DNA of 64,000 nucleotides from an uncultured delta proteobacterium. GTDB lineage: Bacteria; Desulfobacterota; Binatia; UBA9968. The notes beneath the pieces were generated by a model. It worked only from the letters and a program-made list of their open reading frames with translations, did no database searches and was not told the DNA's origin. Shown here one piece after another: positions 1 through 10,593 of the stretch (the first letter of the stretch is position 1; every line of letters begins with the position of its first letter). The DNA lies in the NCBI GenBank assembly GCA_963804165.1, contig CAWDPO010000004.1, forward strand, positions 64,001 through 128,000, in the 5' to 3' direction. Position numbers and translations under genes: made by a program.

Positions 1-302
1 AAAATTAAGCGACGCATTCGTGCTTGCAGGATCGCACCCGTGCACATAAGACAGGGCTCCAACGTGACATAAATCTCACATTGATCAAGGCGCCAGCTAT
101 GCAAACGCTTGGACGCCTCCCGAATCCCCATGATCTCGGCATGGCCAAGTGGACTCTGACGCTCTTCGCGACAGTTGTATCCGGTGCCGATGATTTCGCC
201 CGCCGATACGATGACGGCTCCGACCGGCACTTCCCCTCTGCGAGATGCTTCTGCCGCAGCCACCAACGCCGCCTTCATGAAATCAATATCGTGCTCTGCC
301 AT
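1..302 (-). CDS. tadA: tRNA adenosine(34) deaminase, runs off the window edge (not in ORF track)
   Basis: Manual translation MAEHDIDFMKAALVAAAEASRRGEVPVGAVIV...HAEIMGIREASKRLHSWRLDQCEIYVTLEPCLMCTGAILQARM; contains the EVPVGA, HAE and PCxMC motifs. Confidence 0.93.
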   Translation of the reverse strand, partial: MAEHDIDFMKAALVAAAEASRRGEVPVGAVIVSAGEIIGTGYNCREERQSPLGHAEIMGIREASKRLHSWRLDQCEIYVTLEPCLMCTGAILQARMRRLI

Positions 303-427
303 TTGACAATTGTGACGTGGAGAAAATATTCAACCGGCGGTGAAAACGTTGACGCGTTTCTGAAGGAGGTTCAATTCGTCTGCGACCCAAGGGAACTTCT
401 TCGCTGCGCTACAGGTATGGGGATCTC

Positions 428-1246
428 TTACGGATGCATATATTCGATCGGCGGCGGCTCGATATCGGTAGTTACCTCCGACACGCCGGTGACACTCTTG
501 GCGATCCGTACGATCTCCTTTTCCAAGTCGGGATCGGCTAAAATACCGGATATACTTACCTGGCCATTGTCGCTTTTCACGTTGAGGACTACGTTTCTAG
601 TTTTAGGTGACGTGATCAACGCCGCTTGAACGCGCGCGGTCGTCGCTAAATCCTGAAAAGCTTTTGTCGACTCCGGCGTTGGCCTAAATTCCGTGCGCCG
701 CACCGTGTCGGCGATGAGCGCCGCGCTGACGTCGGGAGAAAACCTGCCACTGTTCAATACCAAATCATGTCCAACGGGATCTTGCCATTCGTCATTGAAT
801 ACCGCGCGAAAGCGGCGGCTGCGTACGCGATCCAGCTCGCGAAGATATTGCCGCGCGTTTTCACTGTCCATGGTTTTCTGCGCGCGCACCAGTTCGATTC
901 GATAATCCAGGGGCGCGACGATCAGCACCTTAAGAACGTGGGGAATCCCGGGTAGGAGTTGGTGACCGGCCCGACCATAATAAACCAAATTACCTCCTTC
1001 AGCGACTTCACACATGGCGGCTTGCAGCGTGATCCGGTACAACCTAACGCTTTCCCGCCATCGCTCCCACCAATGGCCCTCACCTTCCAGCACTTCGGTG
1101 TATTTGGCCTCCGGAATACCGTATCGTTTGCTCGCTTCAATGAGCACCTCACGATCGACGGAACGATAATTCAACAGTGCTGCGACTTTTTCCGCAACGG
1201 CGTTTCCGCCGCTATAGGCCGCGTGAGCAATCGTTACGACCGACAT
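428..1246 (-). CDS. Cytidylate kinase-like family protein with C-terminal BON domain
   Basis: N-terminal TIAHAAYSGG...VAEKVA, YGRAG and DLVLNS motifs; C-terminal V.SDNGQVSISG...VTGVSEV BON pattern. Confidence 0.8.
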   Translation of the reverse strand: MSVVTIAHAAYSGGNAVAEKVAALLNYRSVDREVLIEASKRYGIPEAKYTEVLEGEGHWWERWRESVRLYRITLQAAMCEVAEGGNLVYYGRAGHQLLPGIPHVLKVLIVAPLDYRIELVRAQKTMDSENARQYLRELDRVRSRRFRAVFNDEWQDPVGHDLVLNSGRFSPDVSAALIADTVRRTEFRPTPESTKAFQDLATTARVQAALITSPKTRNVVLNVKSDNGQVSISGILADPDLEKEIVRIAKSVTGVSEVTTDIEPPPIEYMHP

Positions 1247-1595
1247 GATCCCGTCCTCCGTTTTCGATGAATCCGTTCACCTAGGATCGCCTTGCCCCAG
1301 TTCGGCAATAATGGTGCAATATCATCCGTTTACTAACGGATCTACTACAACTTTCTTAGTATCGCGACAAGGCCTTTTTTTTCCTTCAGGGAGTCCGAAC
1401 GTCAAGGTAGGAACAAGTTTCCAGCTGCTCTCTCGTGCATGCTGCTGCTCCGGGAGTTTTGAAACAACTCGATCCCGGACTGATTGCGGCCATTGACAGG
1501 CCGCTTGATCAGTCAATTGCCATCGGCACTTATGAGATAAGTTAAACCACTGACGGGCTCAACGATTGGACCGCGGATCCGGAAGGAAAACTGCG

Positions 1596-2003
1596 CTATC
1601 GCGCTAATCTTTTTCTCTCGGCAGGCGGCGCGTCGTGCAAAAATTGCCGAATATGCGCCATTAAGTCGATCATTCTTACCGGCTTCTTTAGGAAATCATC
1701 GCACCCGCCATAAAGAGCGGCGTTCTTCATATACGAAAAAATGCTCATGGCGACGATAGGAATGGTCTCAACTCGGGGTTTTTCCTTGAGTAACGACACG
1801 AATTCGAGCCCATCCATGTCGGTCAGATCCAACTCGAGCAAGATCAGGTTGGGACGATACTCCATCGCTTTGCGAAGTCCACCTTCGCCGGTCACAGCAA
1901 CCAGCGGAGACAGTCCGGCAAACATAACCTGCTTGACCAATAGCTGTGTGTAATTCGGTTGCTTCTCGATGATCAAGATACTCTTACGGGTCACCCTATC
2001 CAT
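1596..2003 (-). CDS. Single-domain response regulator (atypical, Glu at the phospho-acceptor position)
   Basis: ILIIEKQ...PNLILLELDLTDMDG...AMS...GCDDFLKKP receiver fold. Confidence 0.85.
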   Translation of the reverse strand: MDRVTRKSILIIEKQPNYTQLLVKQVMFAGLSPLVAVTGEGGLRKAMEYRPNLILLELDLTDMDGLEFVSLLKEKPRVETIPIVAMSIFSYMKNAALYGGCDDFLKKPVRMIDLMAHIRQFLHDAPPAERKRLAR

Positions 2004-2033
2004 ATCCCTTCACCGGCCAAACTACGTAGGGAC

Positions 2034-2049
2034 AGCAACAATCATGCCC
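2034..2049 (-). promoter_or_regulatory. sigma54 (-24/-12) promoter upstream of the response regulator
   Basis: Minus strand GGGCATGATTGTTGCT: GG-N10-GC with TTGC, about 30 nt before the ATG. Confidence 0.6.
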
Positions 2050-2222
2050 TATGGCGCGAGCCATGCGGACGCCAAACTCCCAACAATACCGTAAGTGGAA
2101 AGTTTCCCGAATGAGACGAAAAATGCTTCGAATGGGCTGAAGCTGCCCAGATCCAAAAACCGACAACGAGTCAAGGCGACGATTTGGAGCGGTCGACAAA
2201 AAAGAACGGGGCAACTTTCGTG

Positions 2223-2495
2223 TTACTTGACTGTACGACCTTGTCGGACCACGCCCCTCGGATCCGTGCAATCGCAAGGCTCCCCCGCCGGCCCAAAACC
2301 AAAGGGGCACGTAAATCTGTCGACGTTACATTCCCGCTCTGTGATCGCGTCGGTTAACCTGTCGAAAAACCCCCGCGGTGCTTCTGTCGGGCTGCTCATC
2401 GTGCTCGTCGGAAAAGCGGTCGAGCTAGTGGTCGTGGTAGTCGTGCAACTTGAGATCGAGAGGGCTGGCAGTATGAAAGCTAAATAAAATTTCAA
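2223..2495 (-). CDS. Small Cys-rich lipoprotein
   Basis: Signal peptide with lipobox-like ISSC, Thr/Ser-rich linker, C-terminal C-x6-C-x9-C-x-C. Confidence 0.65.
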   Translation of the reverse strand: MKFYLAFILPALSISSCTTTTTTSSTAFPTSTMSSPTEAPRGFFDRLTDAITERECNVDRFTCPFGFGPAGEPCDCTDPRGVVRQGRTVK

Positions 2496-2576
2496 TGTTC
2501 TGACCCCACCGAGCCATTTTTTCGCTTAGCTGTAATAGACTGCTGTAACGGCATGTCCGTCGGAGAGTTCATTCGT

Positions 2577-2653
2577 TGGCGCGCCCGGAGGGATTTGAAC
2601 CCCCAACCCCCAGATCCGTAGTCTGGTGCTCTGTCCAATTGAGCTACGGGCGC
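2577..2653 (-). tRNA. tRNA-Arg(ACG)
   Basis: GCGCCCG acceptor stem, CCAGA-CT-ACG-GA-TCTGG anticodon arm, GTTCAAATC T-loop, encoded CCA. Confidence 0.97.
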
Positions 2654-2664
2654 GTGTATGAGTC

Positions 2665-2718
2665 GCAGATCTCAAATTTCAAATCTCAGATGTGTGAGAT
2701 TTGAGATATGAAATCTGC
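2665..2718. repeat. Heptamer-based imperfect palindrome between the two tRNA genes
   Basis: gcagat-ctcaaat-ttcaaat-ctcagat ... tgagatt-tgagata-tgaaatc-tgc. Confidence 0.7.
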
Positions 2719-2733
2719 AAAGCCTCAGCTAAA

Positions 2734-2825
2734 TGGCGGAGAGAGAGGGATTTGAACCCTCGGTGCGGAATTAACCGCACACACGCTTAGCAGGCGTGCG
2801 CCTTAGACCACTCGGCCATCTCTCC
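2734..2825 (-). tRNA. tRNA-Ser(GCT)
   Basis: GGAGAGA acceptor stem, CACGC-CT-GCT-AA-GCGTG anticodon arm, long variable arm, encoded CCA. Confidence 0.97.
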
Positions 2826-3000
2826 GTGCCGGTCCGATTTCGCGTCCGGCTTGCTAGCCGGAGAAGCGCGCAGCTAAAATTTGTGCAGTCCCTGCACAAC
2901 GTTAACTGTTCTTAAGGTTCGCTAAAATTAGCATAGCAATTTGCGCTTTTCTACAATCGCGACGCTCATTCATCGCGCGCGAACGGCACGAACCAGCTCG

Positions 3001-3040
3001 AAAAAAAGGAGCCGGGCGTAGCGTGACGTCCGGCCCCTTT
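3001..3040 (-). terminator. Intrinsic terminator after the ABC operon
   Basis: GC hairpin (gccgggcgt...acgtccggc) followed by a T run on the minus strand. Confidence 0.65.
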
Positions 3041-3066
3041 CCGTGCAAACAAAACAGTTACTCTTG

Positions 3067-4252
3067 TTAACCTTCCCAGATCGGCTTCACGAAGGTATCG
3101 AGCCACTTCTTCGGATCTTCCAGAAAGAGCGTATCCGTAACCGGCAGAGTCTTTGCGCCTTTGCCGAACGCCGATTCGATCGAGGTCTTCGATTTGAAAT
3201 CGTTACGCGCCGACTCGCGGCCGACTGAATCGATGGTTTTCTGGCCCTCGTCGGAAATCAACCATTCCGCAAACAGTTTGGCGGTATTCGGATTGGGCGA
3301 CTTCGCGTAAATGCCGGCCTGGCGCGGGAACAACACCGGCGGAATAGTCTTTACGTAACTCACCGGCGTGCCTTTATGCATTTCTTCCATGACATCGTGC
3401 AGCAAAGCCGGCATGGCGATGTTGTATTCACCCGAGATCATCAGCCGAAACATGGCGCTCGTGCTCTTGTGCACCGGCACATTGAGAGCTTTCAGTCCGG
3501 TCAAGAATTTTTTGAATCGCGCGTCATCGTTCCATTGAGTCTTCAACCCGGCGAGCATCGAGCTCAGCGGTCCCGCCCGCATCGGATCGTCGAGCGCGAT
3601 CATGCCTTTGTACTTCGGATTGGCCACCTCTTCCCAGCTCTTGGGCGCTTCGGCGAGCTTCATTTTTTTGGTATTGAACGCCAGCGCCTGGATCTGCAGG
3701 CTTACGGTCGGCAGCGTCGGATCATGCAGCAACAAGACATCTTTCTGCACGGTCTCGTAGGGCATGATTCCGCCAGCGGCGCGGATGACCGGCGGCGCGT
3801 TATCTGAAAGCACCACATCGAAACTCGCTTGGCCGCCTTGGAACTCGGTCAAAACACGCGTGACGATTTCCGGGTTGCGGCCCTGCCAGTAGGTCGCTTT
3901 GATGCCGGGATACCGCTTCATGAACGCGTCGGTGATCACCCTGCAGGTGCTCCACATCCCAAACGGAGTAAACGATCAGATTCCCTTCCTGCTTGGCCTT
4001 CGGATAAAGCTCGTGCGCTCGTTTTTTCGAAAGCCTTTGCCGCGCTGGCAGTCGGCGCCGGCGCTGCGCGGTCTCTTTCTTGACCTGCTGCTGGGCATAG
4101 CCTTCTGCGCCGCGGCCTTGGGTCCTTGACGGCATCCTTCACAGCTTCTTTGCCGGTATAGCAGCTTTCTCGGCTGCGCCACCGCGGGACCGAGAAACAC
4201 AAGCCTGCTGACAACCCGACTGTCGTAGATCTTCGATCGATTTCCTTAGCAT
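3067..4252 (-). CDS. ABC transporter substrate-binding protein, Fe3+/polyamine/thiamine-like family (frameshifted)
   Basis: ORF 3067..3957 plus upstream frames (LYPKAKQEGNLIVYSVWD); APKSWEEV...YKG and PNPNTAKLFAEWLISDEGQ motifs. Confidence 0.8.
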
Positions 4253-4298
4253 TGTTTCCTCCCCATGCTTTTAATTCGACTCTTGCATTTGACGATTC

Positions 4299-6008
4299 TC
4301 ACAAGCTGAACTTCATTTTGAAGGCGAATTTAGCCACAGACACGGCGACAATCAAGATAATTAAATAGATGACTCCGCCCGCCGCCGCCTCAGCCCATTG
4401 GCCGACCCGGAAGTATTCAAACAGCGTCACCGGACCATACTCCTTTCCGGGCGCGGTCAACAAGACCGCGACGTCGACGTTTCGAATCGCCTCGATGAAT
4501 ATGTAGAAGAGCGCGCCGCCCACGGACAGGCTTGAGGATCGGCAGAGTGATCTTGAAAAAAACATGCCGCCACTTCGCCCCATGCACCCAGGCCGCCTCG
4601 TCCAGCTCTTTGTGGATATTCACAATGGAGCCGGAAGCGTTGCGGAACGCGTAAGGGAAATAGGCGACAAATAGACCGATGCCCAAAGCCCAAAGGCTGT
4701 TGTAAAGCGGCGTGCCGATAAAAATAATAACCAGACCGACCGAGAGAACCAGCGGCGGAAAGGCCAGCGGCAGAGTACCGATAAACTCGAATAGCTTGGT
4801 GCCCCACGCCCGCGTGCGATAGATCGTGAACGCCATCGTGATACCCGCCAGCACGGTAACGATCGCTATCGTTACCGACAGCACCAGCGAATTATAAAGG
4901 CCGGTGACAAAGCTCGGGTGCCTCATGACGACAAAGTAATTTGTCAGCACCGCATTCGTCGGAAACTTCATGAACGTGTCGTAGTCGTAGTAAGGAATCA
5001 TCGACACCACGATCAAGACGATAAACGGAATCAAGATACCGGCGAGAAAGTAGAGAAACACCAACAAGAACGTCAGGTATTTCCACGGCCCGATATCGAT
5101 CACTCTCACCCGATAGCCTTTGCCGGTAATCGTCGCGTAGCGCTCGGAAAAACGCGTCGCGCGCACGTAGAAATAAAGCGTGATGACCGACAGCACGACC
5201 AGCACGACGCTGTAGGACGGTGGCCAAGCCGGTGTTGAATTCCAAAGCCATGGAGTCGTAAACGCGGCTGACGAACACTTTGATATTGCCCGGCGTCCCT
5301 TGCAGCACCGGCGTCTCGAAGGAGCGCAGACCCCGCAGAAAATTCAACACAAAGGCCGACAGGAAAGCGGGCAGCGCCAGCGGGAAAGTAATCTTGAACA
5401 TCGTGTGCATCGGCTTGCTGCCGGCGATGTAGGCGCTCTCCTCCAACGACGGATCGAAGGACAAGAACACCGGCAGCAAAAACAAATAGCCGAGCGGCAC
5501 GCAGGCCAAGCCAAATACCCAAATCATGCCAGCCATGCTGAAAGCGTTGAACACCAGATGTCTCGATGCCCAAGAACTGCTGCAGCATGCCGTTCAAAAT
5601 GCCCGACTTGGGCGCCAGCAACAGAATCCAGGCGATGTTCTTCATGATCGTCGGCATCAAGATCGGATAGAGCGGCATCAGTTCCACCAAGCGCCTTGCC
5701 CGGGGTATTGGTGCGCGCCACGATCCACGCCAGCAGCGCGCCCAACGCAGTCCCCAACAGCGCCGCGCCGGCCGCGTAGACCACCGAATTGCTGAGCATG
5801 GGCATGATGTCTTTGTCGTTGAACACGCGCGCATAGTTGGCCAAGTTCAGGCCGACGTCGAAACCCAACCGGCCGCTGGTAAAGCTCCGCCAAAACACGA
5901 CCAAGACCGGCGTGATGATCGCCGCGCCCGCAATCGTGCTGGCGACAAGCGGCACAAGAGTTCCTTGCTTGAAGGCGATTTTGAATGAATTTGACAGAGC
6001 CGTGGCCT
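4299..6008 (-). CDS. ABC transporter permease, FbpB-like double domain (several frameshifts; start approximate)
   Basis: Pieces 5524..5955, 4892..5554, 4417..5205 and 4299..4583; two EAA loops (DPSLEESAYIAG and HKELDEAAWVHGA). Confidence 0.8.
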
Positions 6009-6113
6009 TACTCCTTGAACTCTTATTGAGCCAATCCGGTCATGAGCATGTGCAATACTCATAACGGCGTGGCGTTTGGGCGCTACGGACATGGGCGGTT
6101 GTTTGGGTACCGG

Positions 6114-7218
6114 TTAATTGGCCACGATCAGGCTGATGGCGGAGCGGTCGATGCAGACAAAGGTCTTCTCGCCGTCGCCGTTGATGTGAATCATCGGACA
6201 GAGCTTATGAGAAGTGATGACCATTTCCGTCGAGCCGATTTGCACGCGATGATCGGTCAGGCCGCCGCGATACTCGCGCCCGACCATGATCCCTTCGAGC
6301 ACATTGTCGGCGCCTTCGGGGAACTTCTCATTATTGAGTTTGACCTCGGTGGTCCGAATCACCACCTTGCACGAATCCCCCAGGGCTAAGCCCTTCGCCA
6401 GCGGCGATAAGAGATTGGCGCCATTGAAACCCGGCACATTCACGACACAGTCGTTGCCGTCGATCCGCACCACTTTGCCATCGACGAGCGTCGAGTGACC
6501 GATGAAACGAAGCCACGAAAGCATGCAGCGGACGGTTGTAGATTTCATCGGGAGCGCCGTACTGAAGAATCTTGCCGCTATCCATCACCACGACGGCGTC
6601 GGAGATCGTAAACGCCTCTTCCTGGTCGTGCGTGACATAGAGCGCGCTGATGCCGACTTTTTTGATCAAACGCTTGAGCTCGACACGCATTTCTTCGCGC
6701 AGTTTCGCGTCGAGATTGCTCAGCGGTTCGTCGAGCAGGATGAGGCGCGGCTCTAAGGCGAGGCTGCGCGCCAAGGCGACGCGCTGCTGCTGCCCGCCGC
6801 TCAACTGCGACGGATATCTCTGGTCGCGTCCCTTGAGTCCAACGAGATCGAGCGTCGCCAGGACCTTGTGCTCGATTTCGTCAGCGGATTTTTTATGCAG
6901 CTTAAGGCCGAAGGCGACATTCTTAAAAACCGTCATGTGCGGCCACAGCGCATAATTCTGAAACACAAAACCGATCTCGCGCGAATACGGCGGCACGAGG
7001 ATGCCGCGCTCGATCGACGTCTGCACTTTGTCCGCGATGGAAATCGATCCCGCGTCTGGAACTTCGAGCCCGGCGATCGATCTCAACAATGTCGTCTTAC
7101 CGCAACCGGAAGGACCGAGAAAGGAAAGAATCCCTTTGTCGAACTCGAAGCTAACGTCATCGAGCGCTTTAAGGTCTTTGAAGAGTTTGGTGACCCCTTC
7201 GACTTTTAAAATGGGCAT
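6114..7218 (-). CDS. ABC transporter ATP-binding protein, PotA/FbpC-like with TOBE domain (one frameshift near 6500)
   Basis: GPSGCGKTT, LSGGQQQRVALAR, LLDEPLSNLD and YVTHDQEEA motifs; C-terminus continues in ORF 6114..6548. Confidence 0.9.
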
Positions 7219-7245
7219 GTTTCTAAATCCACCTTCGCCGCCGAC

Positions 7246-7261
7246 CGCAAGAAACAGGCCA
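7246..7261 (-). promoter_or_regulatory. sigma54 promoter of the ABC operon
   Basis: Minus strand TGGCCTGTTTCTTGCG (GG-N10-GC) about 28 nt before the ATG. Confidence 0.6.
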
Positions 7262-7725
7262 TGCCGGCGGCGCCGTACGGTTTACTTACCCTAATCACTT
7301 GAAAAATGGAAACAATCGCGATTTTCGCAAAATCATGCCTTGGCAGCCACAGTCGATCACGCGGCCATTGCATAGGCGCTGAACAGCCTGCATCGCCAAT
7401 TATTATGCAATATGCTGCTGATGAAATTGGGCGCACACTCTCAGGACTTTTATTAGCGCGTCAGCGCGAATGTTTCATCCGGTGCAGTTGGGCCCCGAAG
7501 CCGCGGTGATCACGGCAGTGATCTAGAGGCTGAACTTTACAGGCTAAAGAGATCTGTTACGATGCGCTATGGCGTCCTGCGCTTCGCCTTCAAAGGGCAG
7601 ATTAGACGCACGATGAACCTAAAATGTTCGCTGCCCGCTCACCATAACGAAGCGAGGATTGGACGCGGAAGAACAATGGGTTGTGCATACCGTACTCACA
7701 CGAAGCTAGCTCATTCCGGCGGGGT

Positions 7726-8769
7726 TCACACCAGCGGCACGACTTGCTGATACTTGGCGACTTCGACCTTCCATTTGAGGCGGTCGCGGATCACTTCCGC
7801 AAGCGCGTTAGCTGCCGGCGGCTCGCCGTGCACGACATAGGTCATACGCGGCGCTTTTTTAAATGTGCCGAGCCAACGCAATATCTCGCCCTGATCCGCG
7901 TGCGCGGAGAAGCCATCGAGAACTTTGATCTTGGCGCGCACCGGCACGACTTCGCCGAGCATTCTGATTTCCTTGGCGCCATCTTGAAGCGATCTGCCGC
8001 GGGTGCCCTCCGCCTGGTAGCCGGCCAAAAGCACCGTCGTGTCGGGATTGGGTAGGCGATGTTTCAGATGGTGTAAGACGCGGCCGCCTGTCGCCATGCC
8101 GCTAGCCGAGATGATGATCAGCGGCCCTTTCAAGCTATTGATCGCCTTCGACTGCTCAGGGGTTTTGTCCACGATCATGAGGCGTGAGTTGATCGGACAA
8201 CTCTCTCGGTTGCGCAGTTGAGTCATCTCAAAGTCATGCTCTTCGATATGGCGGCAATAAATCTCCGTCGCCTCGATTCCCATGGGACTATCGACGTGCA
8301 CCGGAACCGCCGGGATCTCACCCGAGTCTTCCATCTTGCGAATGGTGTAGATCAAGTCCTGCGTTCTGCCGATGGCAAACGCGGGAATGATCAGACAGCC
8401 GCGCTGCGCGACGGTGTCTTTGATCAGATCGCGCAGTGCGCTTTCCGAATCCTTTGCGTGGCTGCGATTGCCGTAGGTCGATTCAATAAGCAGCCAATCG
8501 GCGCTTCCCGCCGGTTCCGGATCTTTGAGAATCGGGCGGTTATAACGGCCGAGATCGCCGGAGTCGAGCAGGGTTCTTTTCTGCCCATTGACTTCAAACG
8601 AGAGACTGGCAGAACCCGCGCCGAGAATATGGCCGACCCGGCCGAAATCCAAAAACACGCCCTCAATTACCTCGACGACTTCGCCAACTCTGGTGGGCCG
8701 CAGGAGCTTTAACGAATGTTCGGCATCCTCCACGGTGTAGAGCGGCAACACCGGCGAATGTTTTGCGTG
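7726..8769 (-). pseudogene. MBL-fold metallo-hydrolase/beta-CASP RNase (YSH1/TTHA0252-like), 5'-truncated
   Basis: GHILG, SGDLG, ESTYG, PAFAIGRTQ, SASGMATGGR and GFSAHAD motifs are present; the N-terminal HxHxDH part is absent and homology starts at HAKHSPVLPLYT just after the tRNA. Confidence 0.8.
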
Positions 8770-8797
8770 TGGATCACTTCGACGAGGCTAGTTTTGT

Positions 8798-8885
8798 TGG
8801 CGGAGGGGGCGAGATTCGAACTCGCGGTCCCTTGCGGGACGCCGGTTTTCAAGACCGGTGGTTTCAACCGCTCACCCACCCCTCC
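8798..8885 (-). tRNA. tRNA-Ser(TGA)
   Basis: GGAGGGG acceptor stem, CCGGT-CT-TGA-AA-ACCGG anticodon arm, long variable arm, GTTCGAATC T-loop, encoded CCA. Confidence 0.97.
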
Positions 8886-10089
8886 GAGAAGGAAAACAGG
8901 TACTTACGAGCCGAATGTTTGGCAGGAGAATCCGTGTCACAACCATGTTGCAAAATACCAAAGGCTTTTGCAATGTCGTTTCGCTGCAAGTGGATATATC
9001 GTTGATGCATTTGGAACGAACTATGTCCGGCAGCCAACATCGCGCTTTCCGCCGGAATTCCTTTCTGCTCCCATGCCGTTTTTGCACAGTGCCGTAGATC
9101 ATGAAACCGGAAGTTTTTAACCTTCGCATCTCGGCAGGCGCGTTTCAACGTGCCGGTGATTGCGTCCTTCGTAATGCGCTTCCCGTTCTCGCGCGTGAAG
9201 ACAAGCCCTTGAACGTTTCGGATCTTCGATTGCTTCCGCTCGGCTTCGATTTCATCCAAGATTTCGCCGACGCGATCCGTAAGCGGCGCCACCTGGCGAA
9301 CCCCTGTCTTGATCCGGCCGCCCTCCGGCTCGATTACTCCCCGCTCGCGGTCGACCATATCCTCAGTTAGGCGAATCAGATCACCCACAGAGAGCGCGGT
9401 CTCGCGGGCGACTTCGGCGAGCCACCGGAACCACTAGGAACAATCGCAAAGAGCCTTTGAGCCTCTGCAACGCTCAGAATCCGCTCCCGGGTGTTGGCTT
9501 CCGGAATTGCGCCGCGGAAGGACACTGCCGACGTCTTGAGCCCTCGATCCCGTGCTAAGTTTATCATCCGGCGAAGGAGTGACAGCTCATTCTTGATCGT
9601 TCCGTCTGCGACTTTGACGGTGGATTCCTTTCCGCCGCGGATGATGCCCTCGGCCTTTCGTGCATTCCGATATGCAAATAGATCCTCGCGGCAGAGATCA
9701 GTTAGCAGCCTGACGCCGAGTAGCCGCTTCACCGGCGCCGCTAGTGTCCGATCACGGTCAATGCTGCGTTTGCTTTTGACTTCCTCGAGCTCGAAGTAGC
9801 TGTCGGCCCAGGTCGAAACAGTCAGCCCGGCGGTCGGCTTCACCTTGTCGAGGTCGAAATCTTCCCGGCGAATGTTCCGCGCTTCGTAAACTTTCAATTC
9901 CTGCTTCGCGGTCTTGATATCGGATCCAACCGGAAACGTGCGAGACTTCCCTTTCCAGTCCTTAAACCGTGCATAGTACAGCGTCGACCACTCGCCGCTG
10001 GCCGTCTGGTACTGGCGCCGATAGAAGTGCTTGATCGGTATTTCGGTCTTGCCGTGGCGCTCCGTTACTCGTTCAAAGGTTTCTTCCAT
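8864..10089 (-). CDS. int: Tyrosine recombinase/integrase (one frameshift near 9435)
   Basis: ORFs 9376..10089 and 8864..9388; TIKNELSLLRRMIN, FHDLRH, AGHS and QRY motifs. Confidence 0.9.
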
Positions 10090-10217
10090 TTTCGATTTTC
10101 CTCCTCCCCTTGTGACTTGTATGTTGTAGTCCTTGTGGACTCCCGCTGATAACTTTCAAACGTTCCCCGTGTTTAGAGCCCTCTGGACTCAAAAGCCGGA
10201 AGTAGCAGACTATATGG

Positions 10218-10478
10218 GTGAGCATAGAGAAGAATTTGTGGCTTGTTTGGCAGATTTTTTTGCTGGGCCTTGTTATAGGCCTTAGCCTCTTTATCCTCGC
10301 CTGGTTCATAAACTGGATCTTCAAGACCATTCTTCCAAAGCCATTCCGCGCGCCAGTATTGTTAGTCACCGGTGTCAGCTTCCTAATCATCGGTCTCTTG
10401 GGCCTGACCTCGGTTTTGGATAAAACTTCTATCGTTCAAGTTGTCCGCAGAGTTTTGACGTGGAGCCCTTTCAGTTAA
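10218..10478 (+). CDS. Small two-TM membrane protein
   Basis: Two hydrophobic segments; lies antisense between the HTH gene and int. Confidence 0.5.
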   Translation: MSIEKNLWLVWQIFLLGLVIGLSLFILAWFINWIFKTILPKPFRAPVLLVTGVSFLIIGLLGLTSVLDKTSIVQVVRRVLTWSPFS

Positions 10479-10569
10479 AACCGCCGGGAGCCAGCCACTT
10501 GGCCAGCATCTCGGGCGCAACCCATTTCCCTCTAAGTCTCCGCGATCGAGAGATGGCCCCGTTTTACTT

Positions 10570-10593
10570 CGCTTGCTAGTATACTGTCAAGCG
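10570..10593 (-). promoter_or_regulatory. 24-bp imperfect palindrome overlapping a sigma70-like -35 (candidate operator of the promoter facing int)
   Basis: CGCTTGctAGTATACTgtCAAGCG; minus strand reads TTGACA-N18-TAAAAC. Confidence 0.55.

Noticed and set aside
24-629. 201-aa plus-strand ORF
   Set aside because: Antisense shadow of tadA and the cytidylate-kinase-like gene; no motifs of its own
7677-7705. Possible degenerate REP-like hairpin after the MBL gene
   Set aside because: Too degenerate to support without genome-wide copies
9376-9440. Programmed frameshift in int (or in tad genes)
   Set aside because: No slippery heptamer at the int break, and indels are pervasive in the window, so error is more parsimonious
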